Positions 33,172 to 42,922 of a stretch of DNA of 64,000 nucleotides are shown piece after piece. The translations under genes were made by a program, and so were the position numbers. The DNA comes from an uncultured Clostridia bacterium. GTDB lineage: Bacteria > Bacillota > Clostridia > Christensenellales > Borkfalkiaceae. The notes under the pieces were generated by a model. That model did not search any database, was not told where the DNA came from, and was given only the letters and a program-made list of their open reading frames with translations. Each line of letters begins with the position of its first letter. The stretch's first letter is position 1. The stretch lies in NCBI GenBank assembly GCA_944372575.1, contig CALVZS010000007.1, forward strand, positions 10,132 to 74,131, given 5' to 3'.

Positions 33172-35858
33172 TATTTGTGATGTCTCACCAGATCGAACGC
33201 CTTGGCGATCTCCATCACGATGATGGGGACAAAGGCGAGCGCCACGCCGATGACGTACATTTCCCAGCCCAGGTACTCGGTGCCGAATCCGAACACATCC
33301 ATGACGCCCGGCGTGAACAGCACGAACGCAATGAGTGCGATCGCCAGCAGCGTCACCCAGTTGAGCACCTTGTTGGAGAACGGCCCCACCTTGAAGAGGG
33401 AATGCCCCGAGCGCATATTGTAGGCGTGCAGCGACTGCGAGAGGGCGAGCACCAGGAAGGTCGCCGCGCTCAGCTTTTCGGAGTTTGCCGCGGCAAGGGC
33501 CTCGTCGGCGACCGTCGGATCCCAGCCGAAGCCGTAGCGGCCGATGCAGTAGCTCGCCAGCGCCAGCGCCGCGAACATGCACCCCTGCAGCACGATCTGC
33601 AATCCGTAGCCGTGGGCGAAGATGCTCTCCGTCTTGGAGCGCGGCTTATGATCCATGACGTCCGGCTCCAGCTTTTCCATGCCCAGCGCCACGGCGGGCA
33701 GCGAATCGCCGATCAGGTTGATCCACAGCAGCTGGATGGAGATGAAGGGGGAAACTTGCCAGATACACATGGCAAGGAACACCACGATGACCTCAGAGAT
33801 GTTGGTTCCGAGCAGAAAGCCGACCACCTTTTTGATATTGGAGTAGATCCCGCGCCCTTCCTTGACGGCATCGACGATGGTGGCAAAGTTGTCGTCGGTG
33901 AGCGTCATGTCGGCGGCGCCCTTGGCGACGTCCGTTCCCGTGATGCCCATCGCACAGCCGATGTCGGCGGCCTTGAGGGCGGGCGCGTCGTTCACGCCGT
34001 CCCCCGTCATGGAGACCACCTGGCCCTTCTTCTGCCATGCCTTGACGATGCGGATCTTGTTCTCGGGGGAGACCCGGGCATAGACGGAGATGTTCTCCAC
34101 CTCCTGGTCCAGCTCCTCGTCGCTCATCGCGTCCAGCTGCGCACCCGTGATGGCCTTGTCGCCCTCCAGAAGGATGCCCAGTTCTCTGGCAATGGCGGAC
34201 GCCGTGACGACGTGGTCGCCCGTGATCATGACGGGCTTGATGCCCGCCTTGCGGCAGACGGCAACGGCCTCCTTCGCCTCGGGGCGGGGCGGGTCGATCA
34301 TGCCCACAAGCCCTAAGAAGGTCAGCCCGTTCTCCAGTTCCTCCGGCGTGGGATCGTCGGAGACGCGGTCGATATACTTGTAACCGACGGCGAGCACGCG
34401 CAGGGCGTCCGCGCTCATCTCGTCGTTCGCCTTCCTTGCCGCCTCGATGTCGCCCGCGATGCACTTGGTCGCCATGACGTCGAAGGCGCCCTTGACGATG
34501 GCGACGAGTTTGCCGTCGATGCGGTTGACGCTCGTCATGAGCTTTCTGTCCGAGTCGAAGGGGATGCCCGCGATGCGGGGATATTCCTCGTTGAGGACGT
34601 CCTTCGTGCTGCCTGCCTTATAGGCGGCATAGACGATGGCGGTCTCGGTGGGGTCGCCCAGATGCACTTCCTTGCCGTCCTCCACCTCCACGGAGCCGTC
34701 GCAGCACAGCGTTCCCCAGTCGAGCAGCCTGCGCACTTCGGGGGAGGCGTTTGCCGCGTCGAAAGTCTGCACGGCGCCGCCGTCGAGATAGGTCTTGACG
34801 AGGGTCATGCGGTTCTGGGTGAGGGTACCCGTCTTGTCCGAGCAGATGACGGAGGCGGAGCCGAGCGTCTCCACGGCGGGCAGGCGCTTGATGATGGCGT
34901 TCTTTTTGACCATGCGCGTCACGCCGATGGAGAGCACGATGGTGACCACGGCGGGCAGCCCCTCGGGGATGGCGGACACGGCGAGCGAGACGGCCGTCAT
35001 GAACAGCTCGATCCAGTCCGGTTCGGGCATACAGGCGCCGATGATGAAGATGACGGCGCACGCCGCCAGCGCGACGATGCCCAGATATTTGCCGAGCTGG
35101 GCAAGTTTTTGCTGCAGCGGCGTCTTGGTCTCCTTTTCGCCCGCGAGCAGTCCGGCGATCTTGCCCATTTCGGTGTTCATGCCCGTCCCGGTGACGACCG
35201 CCTTGGCGGTGCCGTAGGTCACCGAGCAGCCGGAGAATACCATGTTGTCCCGGTCTCCGAGGGGGGCCTTCCCGTCGACGATGGCACGGGCGTCCTTTTC
35301 GGAGGGGACGCTCTCGCCCGTCAGCGCCGATTCCTCGCTCTTTAAGTTGGTCGAGGTGATGAGGCGTGCGTCTGCGGGAACAAAATCTCCCGCCTCCAGG
35401 ATGATGATGTCCCCGGGGACGAGGTCGGCCGCCTGGATAAAGTGTTCCTTCCCGTCGCGGATGACGCGCGCATGGGGGGCGGACATATTTTTGAGCGCCT
35501 CCAATGCCTTCTCCGCCTTGCTCTCCTGCACAAGGCCCATGACGGCATTGAGGATGACGATGAAGATGATGAGGGCGGGTTCGACAAATTCAAGCGGGTC
35601 GCCGTTTCTGCCCGGGGTGAATACCTCATAGCAGATGACGCCGAAGGAGACGCACGCCGCGATCAGCAGGATGATGATCATGACATCCTTGAACTGCTCC
35701 AGAAAGCGGATGATGAGCGGCTTTTTCTTCTTCTCTGCCAGCTTGTTCGGGCCGAACTTGGCGAGCAGCTCCTGCGCCCGTGCGGACGAGAGCCCCTGTT
35801 CGGCGTCCGTGCCGAGGGACTTCAATACTTCCCCGGCGGGTTGATCGTGATACGTCAA
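33171..35858 (-). CDS. P-type Ca2+-transporting ATPase (P2A/P2B-like)
   Basis: 895 aa. CSDKTGTLTQNRM phosphorylation site, MITGDH and MTGDGVNDAPALKAADIG. Confidence 0.93.
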   Translation of the reverse strand: MTYHDQPAGEVLKSLGTDAEQGLSSARAQELLAKFGPNKLAEKKKKPLIIRFLEQFKDVMIIILLIAACVSFGVICYEVFTPGRNGDPLEFVEPALIIFIVILNAVMGLVQESKAEKALEALKNMSAPHARVIRDGKEHFIQAADLVPGDIIILEAGDFVPADARLITSTNLKSEESALTGESVPSEKDARAIVDGKAPLGDRDNMVFSGCSVTYGTAKAVVTGTGMNTEMGKIAGLLAGEKETKTPLQQKLAQLGKYLGIVALAACAVIFIIGACMPEPDWIELFMTAVSLAVSAIPEGLPAVVTIVLSIGVTRMVKKNAIIKRLPAVETLGSASVICSDKTGTLTQNRMTLVKTYLDGGAVQTFDAANASPEVRRLLDWGTLCCDGSVEVEDGKEVHLGDPTETAIVYAAYKAGSTKDVLNEEYPRIAGIPFDSDRKLMTSVNRIDGKLVAIVKGAFDVMATKCIAGDIEAARKANDEMSADALRVLAVGYKYIDRVSDDPTPEELENGLTFLGLVGMIDPPRPEAKEAVAVCRKAGIKPVMITGDHVVTASAIARELGILLEGDKAITGAQLDAMSDEELDQEVENISVYARVSPENKIRIVKAWQKKGQVVSMTGDGVNDAPALKAADIGCAMGITGTDVAKGAADMTLTDDNFATIVDAVKEGRGIYSNIKKVVGFLLGTNISEVIVVFLAMCIWQVSPFISIQLLWINLIGDSLPAVALGMEKLEPDVMDHKPRSKTESIFAHGYGLQIVLQGCMFAALALASYCIGRYGFGWDPTVADEALAAANSEKLSAATFLVLALSQSLHAYNMRSGHSLFKVGPFSNKVLNWVTLLAIALIAFVLFTPGVMDVFGFGTEYLGWEMYVIGVALAFVPIIVMEIAKAFDLVRHHK

Positions 35859-35995
35859 TGGGTAACCTCCGATAATTTTTTCCGTATATCTTCTATTTTA
35901 TCGCCTTGCGGCGGTTTTTTTGCGGCAGCGGACACGCCTTTTTCGTCGAGAAAGTAAAAAAACGGTCTGCGAGAAATTTTCCCGCGAACCGTTTC

Positions 35996-36070
35996 TGGAG
36001 GCGCCACCCGGATTTGAACCGGGGCGTCAGGGTTTTGCAGACCCTTGCCTTACCTCTTGGCTATGGCGCC
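35996..36070 (-). tRNA. tRNA-Cys (GCA)
   Basis: The reverse complement GGCGCCATAGCCAAGAGGTAAGGCAAGGGTCTGCAAAACCCTGACGCCCCGGTTCAAATCCGGGTGGCGCCTCCA folds as a cloverleaf with a CTGCAAA anticodon loop and encoded CCA. Confidence 0.9.
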
Positions 36071-36114
36071 GATTTCCCTTTTCGGGAAATAAAAAACAGC
36101 GCGGAAATCGTGTT

Positions 36115-36189
36115 TGGAGCGGGAAACGAGACTCGAACCCGCGACATTCACCTTGGCAAGGTGACGCTCTACCACTGAGCTATTCCCGC
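36115..36189 (-). tRNA. tRNA-Gly (GCC)
   Basis: The reverse complement GCGGGAATAGCTCAGTGGTAGAGCGTCACCTTGCCAAGGTGAATGTCGCGGGTTCGAGTCTCGTTTCCCGCTCCA has the anticodon loop TTGCCAA. Confidence 0.9.
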
Positions 36190-36213
36190 ATAATCTTTGA
36201 TTCCGCGCTGTGT

Positions 36214-36289
36214 TGGTGGAAACAACAGGGCTCGAACCTGTGACCCTCTGCTTGTAAGGCAGATGCTCTCCCAGCTGAGCTATGCTTCC
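36214..36289 (-). tRNA. tRNA-Val (TAC)
   Basis: The reverse complement GGAAGCATAGCTCAGCTGGGAGAGCATCTGCCTTACAAGCAGAGGGTCACAGGTTCGAGCCCTGTTGTTTCCACCA has the anticodon loop CTTACAA. Confidence 0.9.
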
Positions 36290-36304
36290 GAAACTAGCTT
36301 GACT

Positions 36305-36333
36305 ATCATACCATATCCTGCGCGGAATTGCAA
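36305..36333 (-). promoter_or_regulatory. promoter of the tRNA Val-Gly-Cys operon (TTGCAA-17-TGgTATGAT)
   Basis: Read on the minus strand. The -10 ends about 15 nt upstream of the tRNA-Val 5-prime end. Confidence 0.6.
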
Positions 36334-36519
36334 GCATTTTCTCTCACAAATCGCAGAATTTTTTCTGAAAAACAAAAAAAGGCGGAACGCCCTGCGCCGC
36401 ACCCTCTTTGCCGGGGGCAGACAAACCCCGCCCCGGCGCGCCCCTAGGCGGCAGACATTTTTTTGAAAACTGCATAGAAATTTCCGTGTGCCGCATAATG
36501 ACATTACACGGAGGTAACT

Positions 36520-37065
36520 ATGAAAGCAACGGGGATCGTGAGAAGGATCGATGAACTCGGCCGGGTGGTCATCCCGAAGGAGATCCGCAGAACGCTGCGC
36601 ATCCGCGAGGGGGATCCCCTCGAACTGTTCACAGACCGCGACGAGCTGATGCTCAAAAAATATTCGCCCATCGCATCGGTGGAGCGCTTTTCGGAGGGGA
36701 CGGCGAAGTCGCTGCACGAACAGAGCGGCTATCTTGCCGCCATTTCGGACACGGACAACGTCCTGCACGCCTTCGGAACGGGCAGAAAGGGGCTTCTGGG
36801 CCATGCCGTATCCGAGGAGCTGACCGAACTCATGGCGGCGCGCCGCAGCCATCTTGCCAGCCTTGCGGAGGGCGGGCGCATCCTGCCCGTCGTGCAGGGC
36901 GGCGAGGAGGCGTACACGGCGCAGCTCTTCGTGCCGATCGTGGCGAACGGGGACTGCCTGGGTGCGGTCATCCTCCTCTCCGCAGAGGAGGGCGCGGTCA
37001 TGGAGGCGTCCTGCGTCAAGCTCGCGCGCCTGACGGCGGACATCATCGCCAGCCAGTTTGTGTAA
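36520..37065 (+). CDS. spoVT: stage V sporulation protein T (AbrB-family regulator with GAF-like domain)
   Basis: 181 aa. MKATGIVRRIDELGRVVIPKEIRRTLRIREGDPLE SpoVT/AbrB swapped-hairpin N-terminus. Confidence 0.9.
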   Translation: MKATGIVRRIDELGRVVIPKEIRRTLRIREGDPLELFTDRDELMLKKYSPIASVERFSEGTAKSLHEQSGYLAAISDTDNVLHAFGTGRKGLLGHAVSEELTELMAARRSHLASLAEGGRILPVVQGGEEAYTAQLFVPIVANGDCLGAVILLSAEEGAVMEASCVKLARLTADIIASQFV

Positions 37066-37115
37066 GGTAAAGCGCCGCGCCGCCCGCCCCTTGCGGCGGG
37101 CGGCGCGCATACATA

Positions 37116-38552
37116 ATGAAGCACGCATCCTTTTTCAAAAACGCGGCGATCGTCTCCGCCGGGAGCCTGCTCGCCAAGGGCATCGGGGCGCTGTACCGCA
37201 TCCCGCTCGCCAACCTTTTGGGCGGCTACGGCGAGGGGCTCTATCATATGGCGTATCCACTCTTTTGCCTCATGCTCACGTTCTCGTCGGCGGGCATCCC
37301 CACCGTGGTGTCGCGCACGGTGGCGGCGGAGCGCGCCGCGGGCAGGGAGGGCGGAACGCTTTATGCCGCGCTCGGGATGTTCGCCCTCCTCGGCGGGGCT
37401 GCCGCCCTGCTCATGTGCCTTCTGGCGCGTCCCTTCGCGCGCCTGCAGGGGGAGGAGGCGCTCGTCGGGTGCTATCTCTCGCTCGCGCCCGCCGTCCTCC
37501 TCGTGGCGCTGCTCGCCGTGCTCAGGGGGTGGTGGCAGGGCAGGGGAGAGATGACGCCCACCGCGCTCTCCGAGATCGTCGAACAGCTCGTCAAGGCGGG
37601 CGCGGGACTGCTGTTCGCCGCGCGCTTCTCCGATCCCGTCCGCGCCGCGCGGGCGGCGCTCTTTGCCGTCACGCTCTCCGAACTTGCCGCCGTCCTCTTT
37701 CTTGCGGTGCGCGCGCGGGAGCGGCGCATCATGCTTTGCACGTCGCGGATGCACGGCAGCGTGCTCTTCGTTTCCGCCCTCCCCGTCATGGCGAACGCGG
37801 CGCTTTTGCCCTTGTCGCAGATCATGGACAGTGTCCTCATCGTCCGCCTGCTCGGGCGCGTCACGTCGCGCGCCGTTCCCCTTTACGGGCTCTATTCGGG
37901 GAGTGCGCTCTCGCTCGTCTCGCTGCCGGCGTCCCTGTGTTCGGGGCTGGTCGCCGCCTCCGTTCCCGCCGTCGCGGCGTGCATGGCGCGGGGGGAGGGG
38001 GCGGAGGGCAGGCGGCGCGCCCTGTTCGCCGCCGGCGTCACGCTCGCCCTCGCCCTGCCCTGCGCGGCGGCGCTGCTTGCGTTTGCCCCGTTTGTCGTGC
38101 GCCGGCTGTATCCCGCCCTGTCCGGTGCGGACGCCGTCCTGCTCGCGCGCCTTCTGCGCCTCATGTCGTTGTCTGCCGCGCTGCTCGCCGCCGTCAATAC
38201 GCTTGCGGCGTGCCTCACGGCGATGGGCAGGGCGAAGCGTGCCATGTTTTCCATGGCGGCGGCGGTCGCCGTTAAGGCGGCGCTCCAGTTCGCGCTCATC
38301 CGCCCCTTCGGCATTACGGGCGCGGCGATCGCTCTCAACGGGTGCTATCTGGTTGCTTTTTTCCTCGATTTGTTCTATACTGTAAGAAAAACACGGGAGA
38401 GGCGCCATGCTGTATATCATCGGATCGGGAACAAAAAAGGGGGAGATCACGCAGGACGCGCTCGCGGCGCTCAGGGGCGCGGACGCCGTGTACGTGCGCA
38501 CCGCGGCGCACCCCTCGGCGGAAACCTTGAGGGAGGCGGGAATCCCCTTTGA
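37116..38552 (+). CDS. MOP-superfamily polysaccharide/lipid II flippase-like protein (YabM/SpoVB-like)
   Basis: 478 aa, multi-TM. SLLAKGIGALYRIPLANLLG N-terminus. spoVT-yabM-yabN synteny. The 3-prime end overlaps the next gene by 146 nt. Confidence 0.75.
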   Translation: MKHASFFKNAAIVSAGSLLAKGIGALYRIPLANLLGGYGEGLYHMAYPLFCLMLTFSSAGIPTVVSRTVAAERAAGREGGTLYAALGMFALLGGAAALLMCLLARPFARLQGEEALVGCYLSLAPAVLLVALLAVLRGWWQGRGEMTPTALSEIVEQLVKAGAGLLFAARFSDPVRAARAALFAVTLSELAAVLFLAVRARERRIMLCTSRMHGSVLFVSALPVMANAALLPLSQIMDSVLIVRLLGRVTSRAVPLYGLYSGSALSLVSLPASLCSGLVAASVPAVAACMARGEGAEGRRRALFAAGVTLALALPCAAALLAFAPFVVRRLYPALSGADAVLLARLLRLMSLSAALLAAVNTLAACLTAMGRAKRAMFSMAAAVAVKAALQFALIRPFGITGAAIALNGCYLVAFFLDLFYTVRKTRERRHAVYHRIGNKKGGDHAGRARGAQGRGRRVRAHRGAPLGGNLEGGGNPL

Positions 38553-39789
38553 GAGCCTGGATCCGCTCTATGCCTCCAGCCGCAGCTATGACACGTTTGC
38601 CGCAAAGGCGGTGCGCCTGCTTGCCGGCGCGGCAAGGGAGAAGAAGGTCTGTTACTGCGTGGACGGCGGCGCGTTCGAGGATCGCGTCGCCTCCCTGCTT
38701 GCGCGCAGGAGGGGGACGCTCGTCTTTCCCGGCGTCTCCAAGTCGGCGGCGGCAGCGGCAAAGGCGGGCGTGTACGGCTCCTTTACCGCCGTCTCCGCGC
38801 AGGAGGCGGGGGAGCGCGAACTCACCCTCCCCCTCGTCGTCTACGACCTTGCCGACCGCGCCCTCGCGTCGGATGTCAAGCTTGCCATCGCCGAGCGCTT
38901 CGGCGACGAGGCGCCCGCGGTGTTCGTCTGCGGGGAGAGCGCGAAGGAGATCGCGCTCTACGAGGCGGACAGACAGGATACCTATGACATGACGTGCGCG
39001 CTCGTCCTGCCCGACGAGCCGCTCCTGGAAAAGAAGAAGTTCGACCTCTATGACTTCCTTGCGATCATGCGCCGCCTTCGCGCCCCCGACGGCTGCCCGT
39101 GGGATCGGGTGCAGACGCACGGGAGCATCCGCATCAACGCCATCGAGGAAGCGTATGAGCTGGTGGACGCCATCGATGCGGACGATCCGGACAAGATGTG
39201 CGAGGAGGCGGGCGACGTGCTGATGCAGGCGGCGTTCCACACGCTCATGGAGGAGGAGCGCGGCCACTTCACGATGAACGACGTCCTGACGGGACTGTGC
39301 CGCAAACTCATCGACCGCCACACCCATGTGTTCGGGCAGGACAGGGCGGCGGGGGCGGACGGCGCGCTCACCGTGTGGGAGGCGAACAAGATGACGGAGA
39401 AGCACCAGGCGACCTTCTCGGACGCCGTCAACGACGTCCCCGAGGTCTTTCCCGCCCTTCTCCGGGCACAGAAGATCGCCAAGCGCACCGCCAAGGGGGG
39501 CTGGAAACTGACGCAGGAGGAGGCGCGCGCCGCCCTGAAGCGGGCAGAGGACGACCTCTTCGCGCAGGGCGCCGGGGCGCTCGGGGAATTCCTCTATGCG
39601 GCGGCGGCTTACGCCTGCGCGATCGGCGCGGACGGCGAGCAGGCGCTTCTGGATTACGCCAAGCAACGGCAGAGGGTATATACCGCATTCGAAGCGCTCG
39701 TGCGCGCGGACAACAGGGACGTGAACGCGCTCACGCCCGCGGAGCGGCAGGCATATACGGAGGCGGCGGAACGTGTTGCACGCGCTTGA
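38407..39789 (+). CDS. YabN-type fusion: tetrapyrrole-methylase-like domain plus MazG nucleoside triphosphate pyrophosphohydrolase
   Basis: 460 aa. MLYIIGSG... methylase-like N-terminus, then a MazG core (CPWDRVQTHGSIRINAIEEAYELVDAI ... EEAGDVLMQ). Confidence 0.88.
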   Translation: MLYIIGSGTKKGEITQDALAALRGADAVYVRTAAHPSAETLREAGIPFESLDPLYASSRSYDTFAAKAVRLLAGAAREKKVCYCVDGGAFEDRVASLLARRRGTLVFPGVSKSAAAAAKAGVYGSFTAVSAQEAGERELTLPLVVYDLADRALASDVKLAIAERFGDEAPAVFVCGESAKEIALYEADRQDTYDMTCALVLPDEPLLEKKKFDLYDFLAIMRRLRAPDGCPWDRVQTHGSIRINAIEEAYELVDAIDADDPDKMCEEAGDVLMQAAFHTLMEEERGHFTMNDVLTGLCRKLIDRHTHVFGQDRAAGADGALTVWEANKMTEKHQATFSDAVNDVPEVFPALLRAQKIAKRTAKGGWKLTQEEARAALKRAEDDLFAQGAGALGEFLYAAAAYACAIGADGEQALLDYAKQRQRVYTAFEALVRADNRDVNALTPAERQAYTEAAERVARA

Positions 39790-40720
39790 CATTGCGGGCA
39801 TGGTATGCCCGAACAACGTCCTTCTCGCCCCGCTCGCGGGCTACACCAACTATCCCTTCCGCACCATGTGTATGCGGCTGGGCGCGGGGCTGACCTTTAC
39901 GGAGATGGTGAGCGCCAAGGGGCTCATGTACAACAGCGGGGAGACGAAGAAGCTGCTGTACTGCGGGGACGAATCCCCCAAGGCGGCGCAGATCTTCGGC
40001 AGCGACCCCGCCGTCATGCGCGCGGCGTGCGAGAGCGAGGAGCTCGCCCCCTTCGACCTGATCGATATCAACATGGGCTGTCCCATGCCCAAGATCGTCA
40101 AAAACGGCGACGGCAGCGCGCTCATGGAGAACTTCCCCCTTGCGGAGAAGGTGATCGCGGCGTGCGCAAAGAGCGGCAAGCGCATCTCCGTCAAGTTCCG
40201 CATCGGCGTGGACGAAGCGCACAGGAACGCCGCGGAGTTTGCGCGGCTGTGTGAGGGCGCGGGGGCGTGCATGATCACCGTACACGGCAGGACGCGTGAA
40301 AAGGTGTATGCGGGCGCGCCCGACTATGCGCAGATCGCCGCCGCCAAGCGCGCCGTGTCCATCCCCGTCATCGCCAACGGGGGCATCTGGTCGAAGAAGG
40401 ACTTCGATGATATGCTCGCGCGCACGGGGACGGACGGGGGCATGATCGCCCGCGCCGCACTCTTCCGCCCGCAGGTGTTCTGCGACATCGCGGGGGGTGA
40501 CCCTCCCCCGATCGGTGCGCTCTTTGTCCGTCAGCTGGAGGAGACGCGCGCGCTATTCGGCGAACATTTTGCCCTGGTGTTCATGCGCAAGATGGCTGCG
40601 TTCTACTGCAAGGGCAGGCCGGGCGCGGCGGAGGCGAAGCGAAAACTGTTTGCCGCGCAGACCACGCAGGAGGTCGCTTTCCTCGCCGCTGCGATTTTCT
40701 CGGACGGGACGCCCGCATAA
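39773..40720 (+). CDS. dus: tRNA-dihydrouridine synthase
   Basis: 315 aa with a GTG start. LAPLAGYTNYPFR, DINMGCPMPK and TVHGRTRE motifs. Confidence 0.9.
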   Translation: MLHALDIAGMVCPNNVLLAPLAGYTNYPFRTMCMRLGAGLTFTEMVSAKGLMYNSGETKKLLYCGDESPKAAQIFGSDPAVMRAACESEELAPFDLIDINMGCPMPKIVKNGDGSALMENFPLAEKVIAACAKSGKRISVKFRIGVDEAHRNAAEFARLCEGAGACMITVHGRTREKVYAGAPDYAQIAAAKRAVSIPVIANGGIWSKKDFDDMLARTGTDGGMIARAALFRPQVFCDIAGGDPPPIGALFVRQLEETRALFGEHFALVFMRKMAAFYCKGRPGAAEAKRKLFAAQTTQEVAFLAAAIFSDGTPA

Positions 40721-40750
40721 AAAAATGACCGCACGGTGCGGTCATTTTTT
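40721..40750. terminator. bidirectional intrinsic terminator between dus and the MFS gene
   Basis: AAAAA-TGACCGCA/TGCGGTCA-TTTTTT, with A/T runs on both sides. Confidence 0.8.
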
Positions 40751-40757
40751 GTTTTCG

Positions 40758-42125
40758 TTATTCCAAAGGCTCCTCTTCGGTGGGCGGGTTTCCGCCGTCC
40801 TGTTCCTGCCCTTCGGGCGCGGAAGGCGCCGCGTTGGCGGACGTCTGTTCGCTGCGTGCGGCGAGGAAGGGGCGATTGATTTTTGCGGCAAAGAGGAACA
40901 CCGCGACGCCCGCCGCCAGCAGGCAGGCAATGGGGATGGCGGCATAATTCGCAGATCCCGTCGTGTTCATGATGATGCTGGAGAGCAGGGTACCCAAGAA
41001 GGATGCGCCCTTGCCGAAGATATCGAGGATGCCGAACAGGCACCCCGATTGGTCGGGCGGAATGATCTTGGCGAAGTAGGATCGGGAGAGTGCCTGCACG
41101 CCGCCCTGGAAGAGTCCCACGGCGCAGGCGAGCAGCCAGAACTGCCAAATTGCGTCCATAAAGACTGCAAACAGCGCAATGCCCGTATAGGCGACAATGC
41201 TGATCAAAATCAACAGCTCGATGCGCACCCTGTCCGCAAGCTTTCCCATGAGGATGGCGGCGGGGAAGGCGATGAACTGCGTTAAAAGCAGTGCAAGCAC
41301 GAGTTGTGTATTCCGGTTTCCGTCATCGGGGAAGATCGCTGTGCCGAAAGTCGTCGCCATGTCGATGACGGTGTATACGCCGTCGATATAGAGGAAGAAG
41401 GCGATGAGGAAGATGATGATTCCCTTCTTGTTGGGGATGGCCGACTTTTTGGAAAAAACGGAGAACAGCCGCTTGAAGTTGTCGCGCACGGCATGGGCGG
41501 TGCGGGGGACAAAGTGGATCTGGCGGTAGTTCTTCATAAGCGGTATGGTGAACCCCAGCCACCACACCGCGTTGACGACGGTGGCAATAGGCATGGAGAC
41601 CGCCGTTTCGAGCGGGGAAAAGTTGACGATCAGGATGCTGATGATGAAAGGGATACAGCTTCCGATATAACCCCACGCGTATCCTTTGGAGGAGACGATG
41701 TCCGTGCGCGCGGGCGATGCCATATCGACAAGCATGGCATCATAAAAGACAAGGCTGCCCGAATAGAAGATCTTGGTGATGACGAACACGATCAGGAACA
41801 CCAACCACGGCATAGGGATACCCAGTGCAGCGCATCCGATGACGCCCATGACCGCGAAGAACATAAAGACGGGGCGTTTATATCCCTTGAAGTCGCTCAA
41901 CGTGCCGAAGATGGGACTCAGGATGGCAACGCAGATCGTCACGATCGCGGTGGCAAAGCCCCAATAAGAACCTGCCGTCGTTTCGCCGATGCCGGCATTG
42001 GCAGCAAGATAGCTGTTGAAGTAGATGGGCATGATCGCGCTGATGAGCAGCGTGAAGGCCGAATTTCCCACGTCGTACAGAATCCAGCTCCACTCCAGCC
42101 TGCGCGCAGGTGAAAGTCGTTTCAT
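40758..42125 (-). CDS. MFS transporter (UMF1/Atg22-like family)
   Basis: 455 aa, 12 TM. LEWSWILYDVGNSAFTLLISAIMPIYF is typical of the UMF1 family. Confidence 0.82.
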   Translation of the reverse strand: MKRLSPARRLEWSWILYDVGNSAFTLLISAIMPIYFNSYLAANAGIGETTAGSYWGFATAIVTICVAILSPIFGTLSDFKGYKRPVFMFFAVMGVIGCAALGIPMPWLVFLIVFVITKIFYSGSLVFYDAMLVDMASPARTDIVSSKGYAWGYIGSCIPFIISILIVNFSPLETAVSMPIATVVNAVWWLGFTIPLMKNYRQIHFVPRTAHAVRDNFKRLFSVFSKKSAIPNKKGIIIFLIAFFLYIDGVYTVIDMATTFGTAIFPDDGNRNTQLVLALLLTQFIAFPAAILMGKLADRVRIELLILISIVAYTGIALFAVFMDAIWQFWLLACAVGLFQGGVQALSRSYFAKIIPPDQSGCLFGILDIFGKGASFLGTLLSSIIMNTTGSANYAAIPIACLLAAGVAVFLFAAKINRPFLAARSEQTSANAAPSAPEGQEQDGGNPPTEEEPLE

Positions 42126-42922
42126 AGCAGTTCCTCCGATTCATAGTTGGATGCAAAGCGCATCTCGAGCGCGGCCTCTCCCGCAAGATAGGCGCGGTAG
42201 TTTTCCAGGAGCGCGCACGCCTTGTCGGCGGCGCGCGCATAGCAGGGAATGAGCGCCGCGGCTGCCGCCTCGCCCGCGGGGGCGGGTACGGCGGGGACGA
42301 TCATGTCGATGACCGATCGTTTTCCGGCAATGCGCAGCACAAGGGTGAGCAGGGCGCGCTTTGCCCCGTTCGGGCAGCGCAGAACTTCCGAGCAGCGCAC
42401 CATCGAGCGGATGCTTTTTTCCGCCTGCGCGTCTGTCACGCCGCAGTATGCGGCGACCGCGGCAATATTTTCCGCGCTTGCGCGGATGTGGCCGGCAATG
42501 TGCGCTTTTACGGGGTCAAGCCCGTCTTTCAGCAGCATATGCCGCTCGAACGCTGCCTCCACCGCCGTGTGCGAGAGGGCGTGCGCCCGCATCTGCGCGT
42601 CTACCTCCGGGTGACACACGCTGTCCAGCGCAAAGTGGCAGATAAAGCCGTAGAGGTAGGCGGTGTCGGAAGGGAGCCTGCCGCGCTGCTCCCGGACAGC
42701 GCGGGCGGCAGAAAAGAAGGACGCGGCGGAGGCATCGTGCATCGCATTGCCGCGGCCGTTGACGGCATTTTTTGAGAGCGGGTGATAGTAAAAGAGGGTG
42801 TCCGGGCCGTGCAGCCCGAGGGCGTAACTGTCCGGACAGGAGAAAATCTCCGGAAAGGCCTCCTTTGAAAGGCGGCTTCGGACTTCCTCGCCGAAGGCGC
42901 GATGTGCATAGATGGCAGGCAT
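42122..42922 (-). CDS. zinc-dependent phospholipase C-like family protein
   Basis: 266 aa. MPAIYAHRAFG... and several conserved His (HGPD, HDAS, CHFALDSVCHP). Family assignment is from memory. Confidence 0.6.
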   Translation of the reverse strand: MPAIYAHRAFGEEVRSRLSKEAFPEIFSCPDSYALGLHGPDTLFYYHPLSKNAVNGRGNAMHDASAASFFSAARAVREQRGRLPSDTAYLYGFICHFALDSVCHPEVDAQMRAHALSHTAVEAAFERHMLLKDGLDPVKAHIAGHIRASAENIAAVAAYCGVTDAQAEKSIRSMVRCSEVLRCPNGAKRALLTLVLRIAGKRSVIDMIVPAVPAPAGEAAAAALIPCYARAADKACALLENYRAYLAGEAALEMRFASNYESEELL

